A DNA stretch of 64,000 bases from Candidatus Babeliales bacterium. Lineage in GTDB: Bacteria; Babelota; Babeliae; Babelales; Vermiphilaceae. This document shows, piece after piece, positions 1 to 10,149 of this stretch. The stretch spans positions 1 through 64,000 of the forward strand of contig DASZBJ010000034.1 in NCBI GenBank assembly GCA_035944115.1, written 5' to 3'. The notes below the pieces were generated by a model. That model was not told the DNA's origin, did not search any database, and saw only the letters and a program-made list of their open reading frames with translations. Both the position numbers and the translations under genes were made by a program. Each line of letters starts with the position of its first letter. Positions within the stretch are counted from its first letter, which is position 1.

Positions 1-1395
1 CGAGGCGGCCGCCTCATAGAATATAGTGATGCAGAACTGCAAAAACTATTAGAACCGGATTTCCCACTCGAATTAACGCATATAATAGACCGCATGGCAC
101 AAAAAACATTTACTGATCCACATGCAACTATCATCTCGCAAACGTTAAGAGGTCATACAGCGCCCATAACCTCAATAGCTATCAGTCCTAACAACCAATT
201 CATCGTCACGGGATCTGACGATAAGACTGCACGAATTTGGGACGCTACTACAGGAACACTACTGTATACCCTTGAAGGCCATACAAACAGGCCATATTCA
301 GTAGCTATCAGCTCTGATAATCAATTCGTCGTCACCGGATCTTGGGACAACACCGCACGCATTTGGAGTACCACCACAGGAGCACTCCTGCATATCCTTG
401 AAGGCCATGCAGACCAAATATGGTTAGTAGCTATCAGCTCTGATAACCAATTCATCGTCACGGCATCTTTCGACAACACCGCACGTATTTGGGATGCCAC
501 CACAGGAGTACTCCTGCATATTCTTGAAGGCCATAGATCCAAAATAAATTCTGTAGCTATTAGCCCTGATAACCTATTCATCGTCACCGGATCTTGGGAT
601 TACACCGCACGCATGTGGAATGCAACTACGGGAGCACTGCTGCATACCCTGACAGGCCATACATGGATAATAACTTCAGTAGCTATCAGCCCTAACAACC
701 GATTCATTGTCACTGGATCTCCCGACAACACTGCACGCATTTGGGATGCTGCTGATGGAAAAGTACGGCACATACTCTCCGGTCACGAAGACACAATAAA
801 TTCAGTAGCTATCAGCCCTGATAACCAATTCATCGTCACCGGATCTTGGGATCACACCGCACGCATTTGGAATGCAACTACGGGAGCACTGCTGCATATC
901 CTTGAAGGTCATACAAACAAAATATGGTCAGTAGCTATCAGCTCTGATAACCAATTCATCGTCACGGCATCTTTCGACAACACCGCACGTATTTGGGATG
1001 CCACCACAGGAGTACTCCTGCATATTCTTGAAGGCCATACAGCCATAACTTCAGTAGCTATCAGCCCTGACAACCGATTCATCGTCACCGGATCTTATGA
1101 TCGCACCGCACGCATTTGGCGCATAAAAGAAGACTTATTAACTACTGCCGAGCTCATCAAAAATGCTGCAATACTTCGTGATCGTGCAAAAAAAATTCCG
1201 TACTTTCCGCCAATACAAATGCAAAAAATAAACAAGGGGATTTATCTGCTGAAAGCAGCGGGTGCCGACACTAATCTCGGAAGGACCAAAGCTATTTACC
1301 AACGTATTGAGGATGCCTTTAAGCAAGGAAGGACAGAGGCTGCAGGAGAAGCAATGATTGCATCAGCTGCCGATATTGGATTTTTTGGCATGTAA
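1..1395 (+). CDS. WD40 (beta-propeller) repeat protein, at least 8 very regular 42-aa repeats plus a roughly 100-aa non-WD C-terminal tail; reading frame is open to position 1, so probably 5'-partial
   Basis: Repeating GH..(x)SVAIS(P/S)DNQFIVTGSWDNTARIW(D/N)ATTG.LLH.LEGH units; frame 1 has no stop between nt 1 and the ATG at 94. Confidence 0.8.
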   Translation, partial: RGGRLIEYSDAELQKLLEPDFPLELTHIIDRMAQKTFTDPHATIISQTLRGHTAPITSIAISPNNQFIVTGSDDKTARIWDATTGTLLYTLEGHTNRPYSVAISSDNQFVVTGSWDNTARIWSTTTGALLHILEGHADQIWLVAISSDNQFIVTASFDNTARIWDATTGVLLHILEGHRSKINSVAISPDNLFIVTGSWDYTARMWNATTGALLHTLTGHTWIITSVAISPNNRFIVTGSPDNTARIWDAADGKVRHILSGHEDTINSVAISPDNQFIVTGSWDHTARIWNATTGALLHILEGHTNKIWSVAISSDNQFIVTASFDNTARIWDATTGVLLHILEGHTAITSVAISPDNRFIVTGSYDRTARIWRIKEDLLTTAELIKNAAILRDRAKKIPYFPPIQMQKINKGIYLLKAAGADTNLGRTKAIYQRIEDAFKQGRTEAAGEAMIASAADIGFFGM

Positions 1396-1415
1396 TTTTC
1401 ATTTTAGAATACTAA

Positions 1416-1448
1416 AAGGCGCCTATATACAAACTATATAAGCGCCTT
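1416..1448. terminator. Imperfect 14-bp hairpin (AAGGCGCCTATATA / TATATAAGCGCCTT) between convergent genes
   Basis: Inverted repeat read directly; weak U-run on the minus side. Confidence 0.35.
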
Positions 1449-1501
1449 GTGTCTCAGCAAACATTAGAAGATGCTACTCACGATTATTATCACTACCGAT
1501 T

Positions 1502-2359
1502 TCACAAATACACAATAGAGGCAGTATTGAGCAGTTCTGTATAATACGCTTCCATCAGCTGATCGTATCGAGCTCTGCGTAAATCATTTGCAATCTCTCG
1601 CTCACGCTCTTGCAACGGTACAACACGCTCATCATGTTTTTCTTGTAATCTGAACAGCTCAAATCCATCGGATAATTCTTGCGGAGCAGAAATTTCACCT
1701 ACTTGTAACTCAGTAATAAAAAATTTATCTTCTGCAAGCTCCTCCTTTTTAATCCAAAATGGCTCCAACCACACTAAATCGGATACCCCTTTTTCTGTCA
1801 TTAACTGGTCATACAGTTCTTCTTTGGAAAGCTCTGCACTCACCTTGACCACCGCACGCTGAACATAATATTCAGTAGGCTCTTGAATCGGATTCTTATC
1901 AAAATAATTCTGAATTTCTTGCTCAGTAACAACCACCAGTGTACGAACTTTGACGTCCAATAAGTTACTAATGGCGGTCATTTGCGCAAACTGCTCACGC
2001 GCTTCTTCATAGGTATATCCAGTTGCTGCTAGTGCCTGTTTAAGCCCTTCATGGGTCAAATTATTTATGCGCTGTACCTCTTTTAATCTCTTATCTACCA
2101 TTTCTTCATCTGGAATCATCTTATATTTTTTTGCTTCTTGTCCCATTCTTTTTTCAAGCACAAGATTCTTTTGCGAGCGCATGGATCCATCGATTCCTGG
2201 ACGATCAATCTCTGATTGCATAATAATATCAGTATCATTTTCCGCATACAGCGTTACTGATATCGTATCGATTAACTGCCCATACTGTACATCCTGCAAG
2301 CACGAAGCAGAACCAAAAAAGATAATCAAACTCATCGTTAAAAAATACAATTTTTTCAT
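1502..2359 (-). CDS. Secreted SurA-N-like periplasmic chaperone domain protein
   Basis: Signal peptide MKKLYFLTMSLIIFFGSASC; helical charged SurA-N-like region; SD AGGGGA upstream of the ATG at 2359 (ORF-track start at 2383 is probably an N-extension). Confidence 0.55.
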   Translation of the reverse strand: MKKLYFLTMSLIIFFGSASCLQDVQYGQLIDTISVTLYAENDTDIIMQSEIDRPGIDGSMRSQKNLVLEKRMGQEAKKYKMIPDEEMVDKRLKEVQRINNLTHEGLKQALAATGYTYEEAREQFAQMTAISNLLDVKVRTLVVVTEQEIQNYFDKNPIQEPTEYYVQRAVVKVSAELSKEELYDQLMTEKGVSDLVWLEPFWIKKEELAEDKFFITELQVGEISAPQELSDGFELFRLQEKHDERVVPLQEREREIANDLRRARYDQLMEAYYTELLNTASIVYL

Positions 2360-2435
2360 ATAATCCCCTGTTGTGGTATACACAAAAGGGGAACCTAACA
2401 GTTCCCCTTTACACTATCTTATATAACGTACCATA

Positions 2436-3509
2436 TTATGCAGCTTTAGGTGCAGCTACGTCAACTGCTTCATCTGCATGCATATCCATCATTTCATCTG
2501 ATAATTCTGTTGTTTGAGCCAATGATTGCTCGTTTTTATTCTTAAAATAAGAATCATTTACCACAACTTTATACTCTTCTTTCAAGCGTGTAATCTCTTT
2601 ATCAAACACCGCCATGCGACGTTCTTTTTCGATATACTGCTTTAAGCCTGCTTGTACTTGCTCAAATTCTGCATACTTTGTTTCTTGCTTTTCAGTTGCA
2701 CGTACAACCCAAACCGTTTTGTCATCCACTTTAACTACTTCAGTTGCAGGGAATTTTGTCAACGAACCAATTTTATCACGCAATGTTACATGAATACCCA
2801 AACTTTGCTCATTCACAAAATTAAAATCTTCAACTTTATCAGAAAGCTTTTGAACCTTTGCCACTTGCGCAAAATCTTTTCCTTTTGCTGCCGCTGCAAA
2901 CACTTTTGCTTCTGCTTCTACCGAGAACATGATTCCTTCGGCTTTTACACCACCACGAGAAATACACAACTCAGGAATTCTCATTTTGTTATCATCATAA
3001 TATTCTCGAACATCAGCATCACTTACTACTACTGGATTTGCAGCACCAAAATATTTTGTATTCAGCATACGCTTTACTGAACGCATCATATTTGCCAAAT
3101 CTTTTTGATAATCTTCAGACATATCAATACCATTTTTAACAACATATGCATCAACAACCGCTTGGCTTACCATACCTTGCAAGAAGTTATAACGTGCATC
3201 TGGCATAAGCGGTAAAATTTGACCTAATTGTGGATTTTCTTCAATAAGCTGCGCGAAATCACGCTCAAGACTTTTATCCGAAATGATAGAAACACCATCT
3301 AACGATGCAAGCTCCTGCCCTTCTTTCATTAAATGATCTTGCATATCTACCATTGCCTGTGTATGCCCTGCATGCGAGCTCGCCCCTTTACCCATGCCTA
3401 ATTTATCTTTAACCCAATCGAACGGAGCACAACCAGGTGCTGCAACAAGTACTAAAGATAATGCGCCAAGCAGTAGATATTTACTTGTCGATATTTTTGC
3501 ATCGTTCAT
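2436..3509 (-). CDS. PpiD/SurA-family periplasmic chaperone with degenerate parvulin-like domain
   Basis: Signal peptide/TM (LLLGALSLVLVAAPGCAP); SurA-N-like helical domain then a parvulin-like segment; SD AGAGGA. Confidence 0.55.
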   Translation of the reverse strand: MNDAKISTSKYLLLGALSLVLVAAPGCAPFDWVKDKLGMGKGASSHAGHTQAMVDMQDHLMKEGQELASLDGVSIISDKSLERDFAQLIEENPQLGQILPLMPDARYNFLQGMVSQAVVDAYVVKNGIDMSEDYQKDLANMMRSVKRMLNTKYFGAANPVVVSDADVREYYDDNKMRIPELCISRGGVKAEGIMFSVEAEAKVFAAAAKGKDFAQVAKVQKLSDKVEDFNFVNEQSLGIHVTLRDKIGSLTKFPATEVVKVDDKTVWVVRATEKQETKYAEFEQVQAGLKQYIEKERRMAVFDKEITRLKEEYKVVVNDSYFKNKNEQSLAQTTELSDEMMDMHADEAVDVAAPKAA

Positions 3510-3792
3510 ACATAATCCTCTTTAAATAAAAACAGTTTATAATATACCAATTTCACAATCACCTACTCATTTTATAATCAAACGTATAGTATCACAAATT
3601 ATTTGATTTACAATATTGATGCAAGATCTGAAAGCGGCAACAGCGGTTAAGACTAGAAAAATTTCATATTATGCATCAATTCACCACTACATTGCGCAAA
3701 AAAAATTACATATAAGATTGATTTTCTATTATGGATTAAGTACACTCGTGCTGAATTATTTCATTTATAAAATTAATACAAAGGAATGCCTT

Positions 3793-4560
3793 ATGAATAA
3801 GCTATTTATAATTGGATGCTTATCGACCAGCATTGTATCGTCAGCCATATTTGGCGCAGCAGAACAATCTGGGGGAGTCATGCACGTTCTAACCTCAGCA
3901 ACCAATGGCGTAAAAAGCGTTGCTCACGGATTTGCGCACCTTACCACTAGCTCTTTACGACTTGGACAAACTGTTTACGGAGAAGCAATACAATCACCGA
4001 GCGTTGTAAATGCAGATCGCGCACTGACAAATCAAATAAAAAGCGGTCAATTTGCTAAACTTGCACAGCTTGGTCAAAAACGTATATATAACCAAGGTGT
4101 ACAGCAAGTACTGAACCGACACCATGAACACTCGAAAAAAGCCTCAAGAAGAAAAGATCATTTAAAAGAATTCCATGAGCAGTATCCTCAGATTACATTT
4201 GATTCAGACAGCACAACATCATTAGTAAAAGCAATCAATGCTCAAGCTACATCACTAGCATCACTTGCACACATAGCTGCAACACATCCAACTCAAGCCC
4301 CAGCAGAGCTTTGCTCCATCAACATCGCCGATTTATTACAACAACTAAATGAGCTTACTCTCGCTGTGCAAAGGCTTAATAATCCTGACATCTCTCCTGC
4401 AAATGCCGTACATCTTATTCCCGCTAATGAACCTGCCTGGCAAGGGAATATATTACTTCCCGATGTTGCAGAGCTGCTGGCAATACGCTTACCTGAAAGC
4501 TCTTCAGATGATCAAAAAGAGGATTGCAACGAGAGCTCAGAAGAAAAAGAAAACCAATAA
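3793..4560 (+). CDS. Hypothetical secreted protein
   Basis: Internal ATG at 3793 preceded by AAGGAA; signal peptide MNKLFIIGCLSTSIVSSAIFGAAEQ; acidic C-terminus. Upstream ORF extension 3616..3792 is probably non-coding. Confidence 0.5.
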   Translation: MNKLFIIGCLSTSIVSSAIFGAAEQSGGVMHVLTSATNGVKSVAHGFAHLTTSSLRLGQTVYGEAIQSPSVVNADRALTNQIKSGQFAKLAQLGQKRIYNQGVQQVLNRHHEHSKKASRRKDHLKEFHEQYPQITFDSDSTTSLVKAINAQATSLASLAHIAATHPTQAPAELCSINIADLLQQLNELTLAVQRLNNPDISPANAVHLIPANEPAWQGNILLPDVAELLAIRLPESSSDDQKEDCNESSEEKENQ

Positions 4561-5238
4561 TTAACACACGCGACATGCAACTACTGCCGTCAACGAAGCT
4601 GGTTTATAGCGAATGAGCTGACGTGCAACTTCTTTAAGCGTTGAGCCCGTGGTCAGTAAATCATCAACAATTAAAATATGCTTGCCTTCAATTGAAGATT
4701 GATATGCAGGATGCACCTCAAATGCATCCTGCACGTTTTTTAATCGGTGTTCTGCTGGCAGCGATGATTGAAACACCGTACGTCGTTGACGGCTCACGCA
4801 ATGCACCACCGGCTTACCTGTTTTTTGACTAATCACTTTTGCTATTTCATCAGCTTGATTATATCCACGGCGCGCAAAGCGGGTCCAATGAAGGGGAATG
4901 GGAATAATACAATCAAACTGCATATGCTGCAGATATGTCTTTTGCCAAATAATTTCACCCAACTGTATTGCCGCAACAATATTACCGTGCGATTTTGAAA
5001 TAATCATTGGCTTTAAAGGAAATTGATACCGCGAAACTGCGAGAATTTTAACTGAATATTTCCGAGTAATGGGTATAACCGATGATGCTACCGGCAGAAT
5101 TTTATCAGAGCACGCCACACATAATGGCACTCGCTCCGATAAAAATATTCTACAGCTCGCACAAAATGGTGGCGCTAAGATATAGCCCATCGTGCGCAAT
5201 AAAAAATCTGTTGTCTGAAATATCCACTGCTTGATCAT
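4561..5238 (-). CDS. comFC: ComF/ComFC-family phosphoribosyltransferase-domain protein
   Basis: N-terminal Cys-rich zinc-finger-like CASCRIF..CVACSDKI; PRTase motif ILIVDDLLTTGSTL. Confidence 0.75.
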   Translation of the reverse strand: MIKQWIFQTTDFLLRTMGYILAPPFCASCRIFLSERVPLCVACSDKILPVASSVIPITRKYSVKILAVSRYQFPLKPMIISKSHGNIVAAIQLGEIIWQKTYLQHMQFDCIIPIPLHWTRFARRGYNQADEIAKVISQKTGKPVVHCVSRQRRTVFQSSLPAEHRLKNVQDAFEVHPAYQSSIEGKHILIVDDLLTTGSTLKEVARQLIRYKPASLTAVVACRVC

Positions 5239-5250
5239 TATTCCATTATC

Positions 5251-5721
5251 CTACTCGGTATCATCCCAATAATTAGTAAGAAAAATGATAGCAACCCCCA
5301 CAACAATAAAAACATCTGCACCATTAAAAATCGGCCATGAATATCCGCCAGCCCTCACATGAACAAAATCTACGACTCCAGTGTACACAATGCGATCAAG
5401 CAAATTAGAAGCTGCCCCAGCGATAACACACACCTCTCCCCAAATGGTTCGATTATTATTGCAACGGAAATATGCATGCATAGCAACAAGCATAATAATC
5501 AATGAAATAAACAAACATAATATGGTAAAAGCTGTTGCATCATGTGATGCAAATAAACTCCAAGAAATACCACGATTGTAGGTCAAATCACACGACAAAA
5601 AGCTGTTAATCTCCCAGCCATCTGCACACTGAACGATAGCCCAATGTTTGCTAACGCGATCAAGAACTAGTAACAATAATCCAACAAGTACATAGGCAAA
5701 GAGCAACCATTTTTTTTTCAT
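5251..5721 (-). CDS. lspA: Lipoprotein signal peptidase (signal peptidase II)
   Basis: Motifs NRGISWSLF and [11 protein letters not shown]; four TM segments; 4-nt overlap with pheT. Confidence 0.85.
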   Translation of the reverse strand: MKKKWLLFAYVLVGLLLLVLDRVSKHWAIVQCADGWEINSFLSCDLTYNRGISWSLFASHDATAFTILCLFISLIIMLVAMHAYFRCNNNRTIWGEVCVIAGAASNLLDRIVYTGVVDFVHVRAGGYSWPIFNGADVFIVVGVAIIFLTNYWDDTE

Positions 5722-8033
5722 CGAATTACTGCACCGAGTTGCATGAGCGATTCAAGCACGAGTGAAACCACCCCATCAACTTCATCTTTTGTCATCGTTT
5801 TTTCAACATCTCGTACTACAAATCGGAATGTTAGTGCACGTTTATCGAGCCACTCATCTTTTTCAAATCGATCAACCAGCTGCACATCATCAACCGCTCC
5901 ATGCACTGTTGTAATTCGATCTATTAACGCATCCACAGTATATGAAAGCGGCACAAACATACTGACATCACGCACTGATGCGGGATATTTTGATGGCGCA
6001 ACATATCGCACAATTGGCTTTTTATAATCTTGTAAAAAGTCACCATCTAATTCAAAAATGAATGCATCACCATCGACCACTTTATTTAAAAAGAGCTGAT
6101 TCGCTTTTCCCGCAATACCAATGACCACATCATCATATTTAAGCACTGCTGTTTGATACGGAGCAAACCACGGATCAAGTTCCTGCTCTGCTTTATGCCA
6201 TGTTATCGGCAATGATATGGTGGAAAAAAACTGTTCTAATAACTTTTTTGTTTCATAAAAATCAACCGTATTTTTTTTATCAAAAAAAATCCCTGCCAAT
6301 GATTTACGCTCCATTGCATCTGTTCCACTTTTTTGCCACGTACGTGCCCATTCAAAAAAACGTAACTGATCATACTCTGCCGCATTATCATCAACCGCTT
6401 TGCATACATTCGGTATCAATGATGTCACTAATTGCCGCCAATTTTCAGAAACCGGATTTAAAACGGTCAGACTATGATCTGGCTGCCATGCAAGTCTTCG
6501 TAAAAAATCTTCATCATAAAATGAATAGCTTTCAAGCTCATGCATCTGTAACCCATTAATCATCTCTGCTTTTATCGCACGGCGCTGGTATACTGCATGC
6601 ACATCACATGGCGCAGATCGCCGTAATGGCAACTCAGCAATAATATTGGTATATCCATAAAACCGTCCTACTTCCTCTACAATATCTTCTTTAATAGTCA
6701 CATCTTTTGTGCTGCGGAATGATGGTACTGCAATATGATATTTTTTATCAGTGCATGCCACTTGAAATTCTAAACGAGAAAGTATTTCGATAACTTTTTC
6801 CTGAGATATTTCGATACCAAGCCGACTTTGCAAAAATGCATGCTCTATCTCAATAACTTTTTCTGGCATCACTATTCCACATGAAACAATCCGAGAGGAG
6901 GCGGCATAAGGAATCTGCGCATTTTTTAACAATGCAACAAATCGCATAATCGCTTGTGATGTTTGATTTGGATCTAATGTTTTTTCAAATCGCATTGACG
7001 CATCAGTGCGTATTTTATGTCGAGCAGCAGAACGTCTGATCGTGCTCGCATTAAAACAGGCCGATTCTAAAAATAATGCCGTTGTCTGGTCGGAAATAGC
7101 TGTTGCCGCGCCACCCTTTATACCTGCAAGAGCGAGTGGATCTTTGCCGTCAGAAATCACGATGTCTTCACCAGTCAAAATAATATCTTGCCCGTCGAGT
7201 AGCTGTAATTTTTCTTGCTTGTGGGCCATGCGTGGGGTAATAGTTTTGGCCACAATCTTATCTGCATCAAATGCATGCATAGGCTGACCGAGATCCAACA
7301 TCACATAATTAGTAAAGTCCACAATGGCATCAATTGCCTTTATATCAAGGAGAGCAAACCGTACCGCCATCGCCAACAAAGAATGTTGATACGTAATGTT
7401 TGAAACATATAACCCTGCAAAACGTGAACATCCTTGCGCCTCTAAGGTTATAGAAAAAGGGCTATCTGATGATACTGGTGCATGGTTAGCATGATGCGCA
7501 ATTTCGATAGGAGCTAAAAAGTCAGAAATTGGTTTGAGTGGCAAGCAAAACATAGCTGCAATCTCACGCGCAACACCACGATGCCCCCACATATCAGGGC
7601 GATTGGTGATCGACTTATTATCAATATCTAAAATATAATCAGAAGTCTGTACTAATTTTTTCCATCCACCTGCATGCAGCGATGCATCACAATGTATTGC
7701 AGGAAGCAAATCGATACGCGTTCCCCCAAAATGATCCATGCCTGCCCAATCCGCATGTACAATGTTTTTAATGAAATACCAGTGGCCCACTGCTACTTTT
7801 TTCCGCTCTGGTAAGGTATAGGTCTGATTCCATTCTGGACTATGCACTGTTACCACATCAGCGTCCACTGCTATAACCTGTGCCAGAGAGACCGTTTCTA
7901 AATCAAATGATACCGCACGAAATCCCTCTATTTCAGCCGTTGTTTCGTTAAATTTTTTTACTAACTGATCAATATCAATTGTTGTAACGTCAGCATCAAT
8001 ATGATCAAAAATCCACGCAATGGAGAGTTTCAT
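5718..8033 (-). CDS. pheT: Phenylalanine--tRNA ligase beta subunit
   Basis: 771 aa; PheT-typical N-terminus and B3/B4 and B5 region motifs; pheS is not adjacent. Confidence 0.88.
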   Translation of the reverse strand: MKLSIAWIFDHIDADVTTIDIDQLVKKFNETTAEIEGFRAVSFDLETVSLAQVIAVDADVVTVHSPEWNQTYTLPERKKVAVGHWYFIKNIVHADWAGMDHFGGTRIDLLPAIHCDASLHAGGWKKLVQTSDYILDIDNKSITNRPDMWGHRGVAREIAAMFCLPLKPISDFLAPIEIAHHANHAPVSSDSPFSITLEAQGCSRFAGLYVSNITYQHSLLAMAVRFALLDIKAIDAIVDFTNYVMLDLGQPMHAFDADKIVAKTITPRMAHKQEKLQLLDGQDIILTGEDIVISDGKDPLALAGIKGGAATAISDQTTALFLESACFNASTIRRSAARHKIRTDASMRFEKTLDPNQTSQAIMRFVALLKNAQIPYAASSRIVSCGIVMPEKVIEIEHAFLQSRLGIEISQEKVIEILSRLEFQVACTDKKYHIAVPSFRSTKDVTIKEDIVEEVGRFYGYTNIIAELPLRRSAPCDVHAVYQRRAIKAEMINGLQMHELESYSFYDEDFLRRLAWQPDHSLTVLNPVSENWRQLVTSLIPNVCKAVDDNAAEYDQLRFFEWARTWQKSGTDAMERKSLAGIFFDKKNTVDFYETKKLLEQFFSTISLPITWHKAEQELDPWFAPYQTAVLKYDDVVIGIAGKANQLFLNKVVDGDAFIFELDGDFLQDYKKPIVRYVAPSKYPASVRDVSMFVPLSYTVDALIDRITTVHGAVDDVQLVDRFEKDEWLDKRALTFRFVVRDVEKTMTKDEVDGVVSLVLESLMQLGAVIR

Positions 8034-8681
8034 AGCCTACCTTGTTATAAAGAATCGATAAAACGACATATCTTATAACTGTAAAAGAAAACCTAATAAT
8101 CTGCAATGTGTACTGATGGTTTGTGTAATGTACATTCATGAATCGATATTGCTGTTGATAGACTCATTCATAGAGCGATCTTGCAATGAAAGCGAATGGT
8201 ATGTCCCCACCGTTATTATGATCAAAGCGTAATAATCCAGAATCTGTGCGCTCAGATTGAGCGCGACATAATAGTTATCAGAGCCGCTATCTTAATAACA
8301 ACAAAGTCGCGTCCATTTGGGACGCATTTATTACTGGATGGCTACGCTTCGCTCACCATGACGATTAGCGAATGCCAATAGCGTTAATAATATTTATCTA
8401 TCCCTCAATACCCCCTGCTAGACCCCATAATGGTGTCACCAATCTTTACTGTCATCTGATCCAGAATATAATGCATGGCTTTGTTACATACGACAGAGCA
8501 TAAGATATGTCCCGCAGTCGTTGCGAGCTTGCGTGGCAATCCAGAAAATTGCGCGCCCGTAAGGGCTCAACAAAACATTTCTTGGCTTAAAGGATTTTTG
8601 ATCATCTTTTGATATTTTTATTAAAAAAAGTACCCTTGAATCGCATAAATCACATAATTTCACCACAACCAAAAGGATAAA

Positions 8682-8957
8682 ATGAAAAATCTGATGTTGT
8701 TCCTTTTTATAGGAACAATCACGATAAATACGCAAACATCGTGCGCAAATCTACCTAGACGATGCGATCAAGTCGCTGCAACGGCAGCCGGTGGCGTTGT
8801 CGGACTTGCCCTCGTAATGGTAAATGGCCTTATAGCAGGACTTAACCCTCACCAAGTGGCGCACGCATGTGTACTCAGTGCTGGCCTGACTGGTGCCGTA
8901 GTGGTACCAACCTTAATCTTAAGACGCCTTTGCAAACGAGCAGTCGCGCCCCATTAA
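8682..8957 (+). CDS. Small membrane peptide (signal/TM plus glycine-zipper-like segment, C-terminal LRRLCKRA)
   Basis: 91-aa ORF; hydrophobic GxxxG-rich segment. Confidence 0.4.
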   Translation: MKNLMLFLFIGTITINTQTSCANLPRRCDQVAATAAGGVVGLALVMVNGLIAGLNPHQVAHACVLSAGLTGAVVVPTLILRRLCKRAVAPH

Positions 8958-9039
8958 ACTTCGAATCGGGGCAGGTCTTGGAACACTGAATGGTCTGCTG
9001 GGATTTTATCCTGGTGGCGAATCACAAGCAGCAGATTTC

Positions 9040-9156
9040 ATGGTAAATAGTACTATGGCTGGTTTTGTCCTTGGTGCTGGCCTGACTGGTGCTGCCGTAG
9101 TGGTATCGACCACAGTATTAAGACGCCTCTGTAAACGAGCAATTGCCACATCATAA
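9040..9156 (+). CDS. Second, shorter copy of the small membrane peptide (38 aa), or frameshifted remnant of a longer two-repeat protein
   Basis: MVNSTMAGFVLGAGLTGAAVVVSTTVLRRLCKRAIATS repeats the C-terminus of the 8682..8957 ORF; its frame stays open back to 8923 and overlaps ORF1 in the +1 frame. Confidence 0.3.
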   Translation: MVNSTMAGFVLGAGLTGAAVVVSTTVLRRLCKRAIATS

Positions 9157-9167
9157 TTGCAAAGCTA

Positions 9168-9194
9168 TTGAAAAAGGCCGGTAATTCCCGGCCT
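9168..9194 (-). terminator. Rho-independent terminator of the 9217..9924 gene
   Basis: AGGCCGG-taattc-CCGGCCT hairpin, followed on the minus strand by a U-run. Confidence 0.5.
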
Positions 9195-9216
9195 CATCAT
9201 TCAACATAAACGTGTA

Positions 9217-9924
9217 TTACTGTTTCTCTACAGCTCGATATCGCTCCATTGCGTACACATGATTAACTAGATTTTTACTCGGCAACAACGTACTGATCTC
9301 TGCCACCCTTTCGTTTACCGTATCAATCACAAAATTAATAGAACGTACCGATGTTGATGCAACATCCAAAACGTCCTGCAGAGTGTCATCTACGAGCTCT
9401 TTAATGCGTTGCGGTGCCACCCGATATGCCACAAGCTCACGCCGTATATATCCATCAAAAAATTCTCGCAATTCATATATTAATTTTTTTGCTGCTTGCA
9501 CCCGTTTTGATTCTTTTTCGTCCTTTTCTTTCGCTATCTTACGTTGCGCTGCTTCTTTTTTTTCCTTCTCTTTTTGCACCTGGACGTGCTGTCTTTTTTT
9601 TGTGCGTCGACCTTGCAGCTCTTCTTTTAGCTCTTCTCTTTCATCATCTTCTTCTAACTTTTTCGCTTGCAATACCTCATGTTGCCATTCTTCCTGTTGC
9701 TGAAAACGGCGTAATGCCTCTTCTTGCCTCTGTTTTAATTCTTCCAACTCCCGTTCTTTTTTTCGCAACGTTTTAATTTCTTCATGCAATTCTTGCTGTT
9801 TCCTTTGCAAACCCTTTTTAAATTGCGCAAGCTCTTTCGGCGGTTGTTCATAGACTAGTCCATTTGCAGCTAATCCATGTACCATAAGAAGAATACCGAG
9901 CATCACATACCGCATCATTATCAA
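9217..9924 (-). CDS. Secreted highly charged (K/E/R/Q-rich) coiled-coil protein
   Basis: Signal peptide MIMMRYVMLGILLMVHGLAANG; long EK-rich heptad-like region. Confidence 0.55.
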   Translation of the reverse strand: MIMMRYVMLGILLMVHGLAANGLVYEQPPKELAQFKKGLQRKQQELHEEIKTLRKKERELEELKQRQEEALRRFQQQEEWQHEVLQAKKLEEDDEREELKEELQGRRTKKRQHVQVQKEKEKKEAAQRKIAKEKDEKESKRVQAAKKLIYELREFFDGYIRRELVAYRVAPQRIKELVDDTLQDVLDVASTSVRSINFVIDTVNERVAEISTLLPSKNLVNHVYAMERYRAVEKQ

Positions 9925-10016
9925 CTCCTTTTTTATAAACTCTAAATTATTGTACTTTCACCACACAATATCCAATTACACAGACAATAATCAACCAATG
10001 GCATAAACAACTTAAA

Positions 10017-10064
10017 CTCTTCATCACTGCCTGCTTCTCGCAGCTCGCAGGCAGTGATGAAGAG
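10017..10064. repeat. Perfect 18-bp inverted repeat with 12-nt spacer in a divergent intergenic region
   Basis: CTCTTCATCACTGCCTGC ... GCAGGCAGTGATGAAGAG read directly. Confidence 0.7.
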
Positions 10065-10149
10065 CAATTGCAACTGTTGACAAACTGAAACAAAAATTGA
10101 TACACTTATATGGTACAAAGATAAGCCTCACAATCATACGAATCTTATT

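Noticed and set aside
321-587. Antisense ORFs inside the WD40 gene (321..587, 1138..1326)
   Set aside because: They lie within a strongly supported coding frame on the other strand and inherit its repeat structure. These are spurious
8040-8680. Possible tmRNA, RNase P or SRP RNA in the long non-coding region
   Set aside because: None of the conserved signatures are present (tmRNA 3' GGUUCGAUUCC..CCA, RNase P AGGAAAGUCCGGGCUCC, SRP GGUGCUGUUU). It remains an unassigned leader
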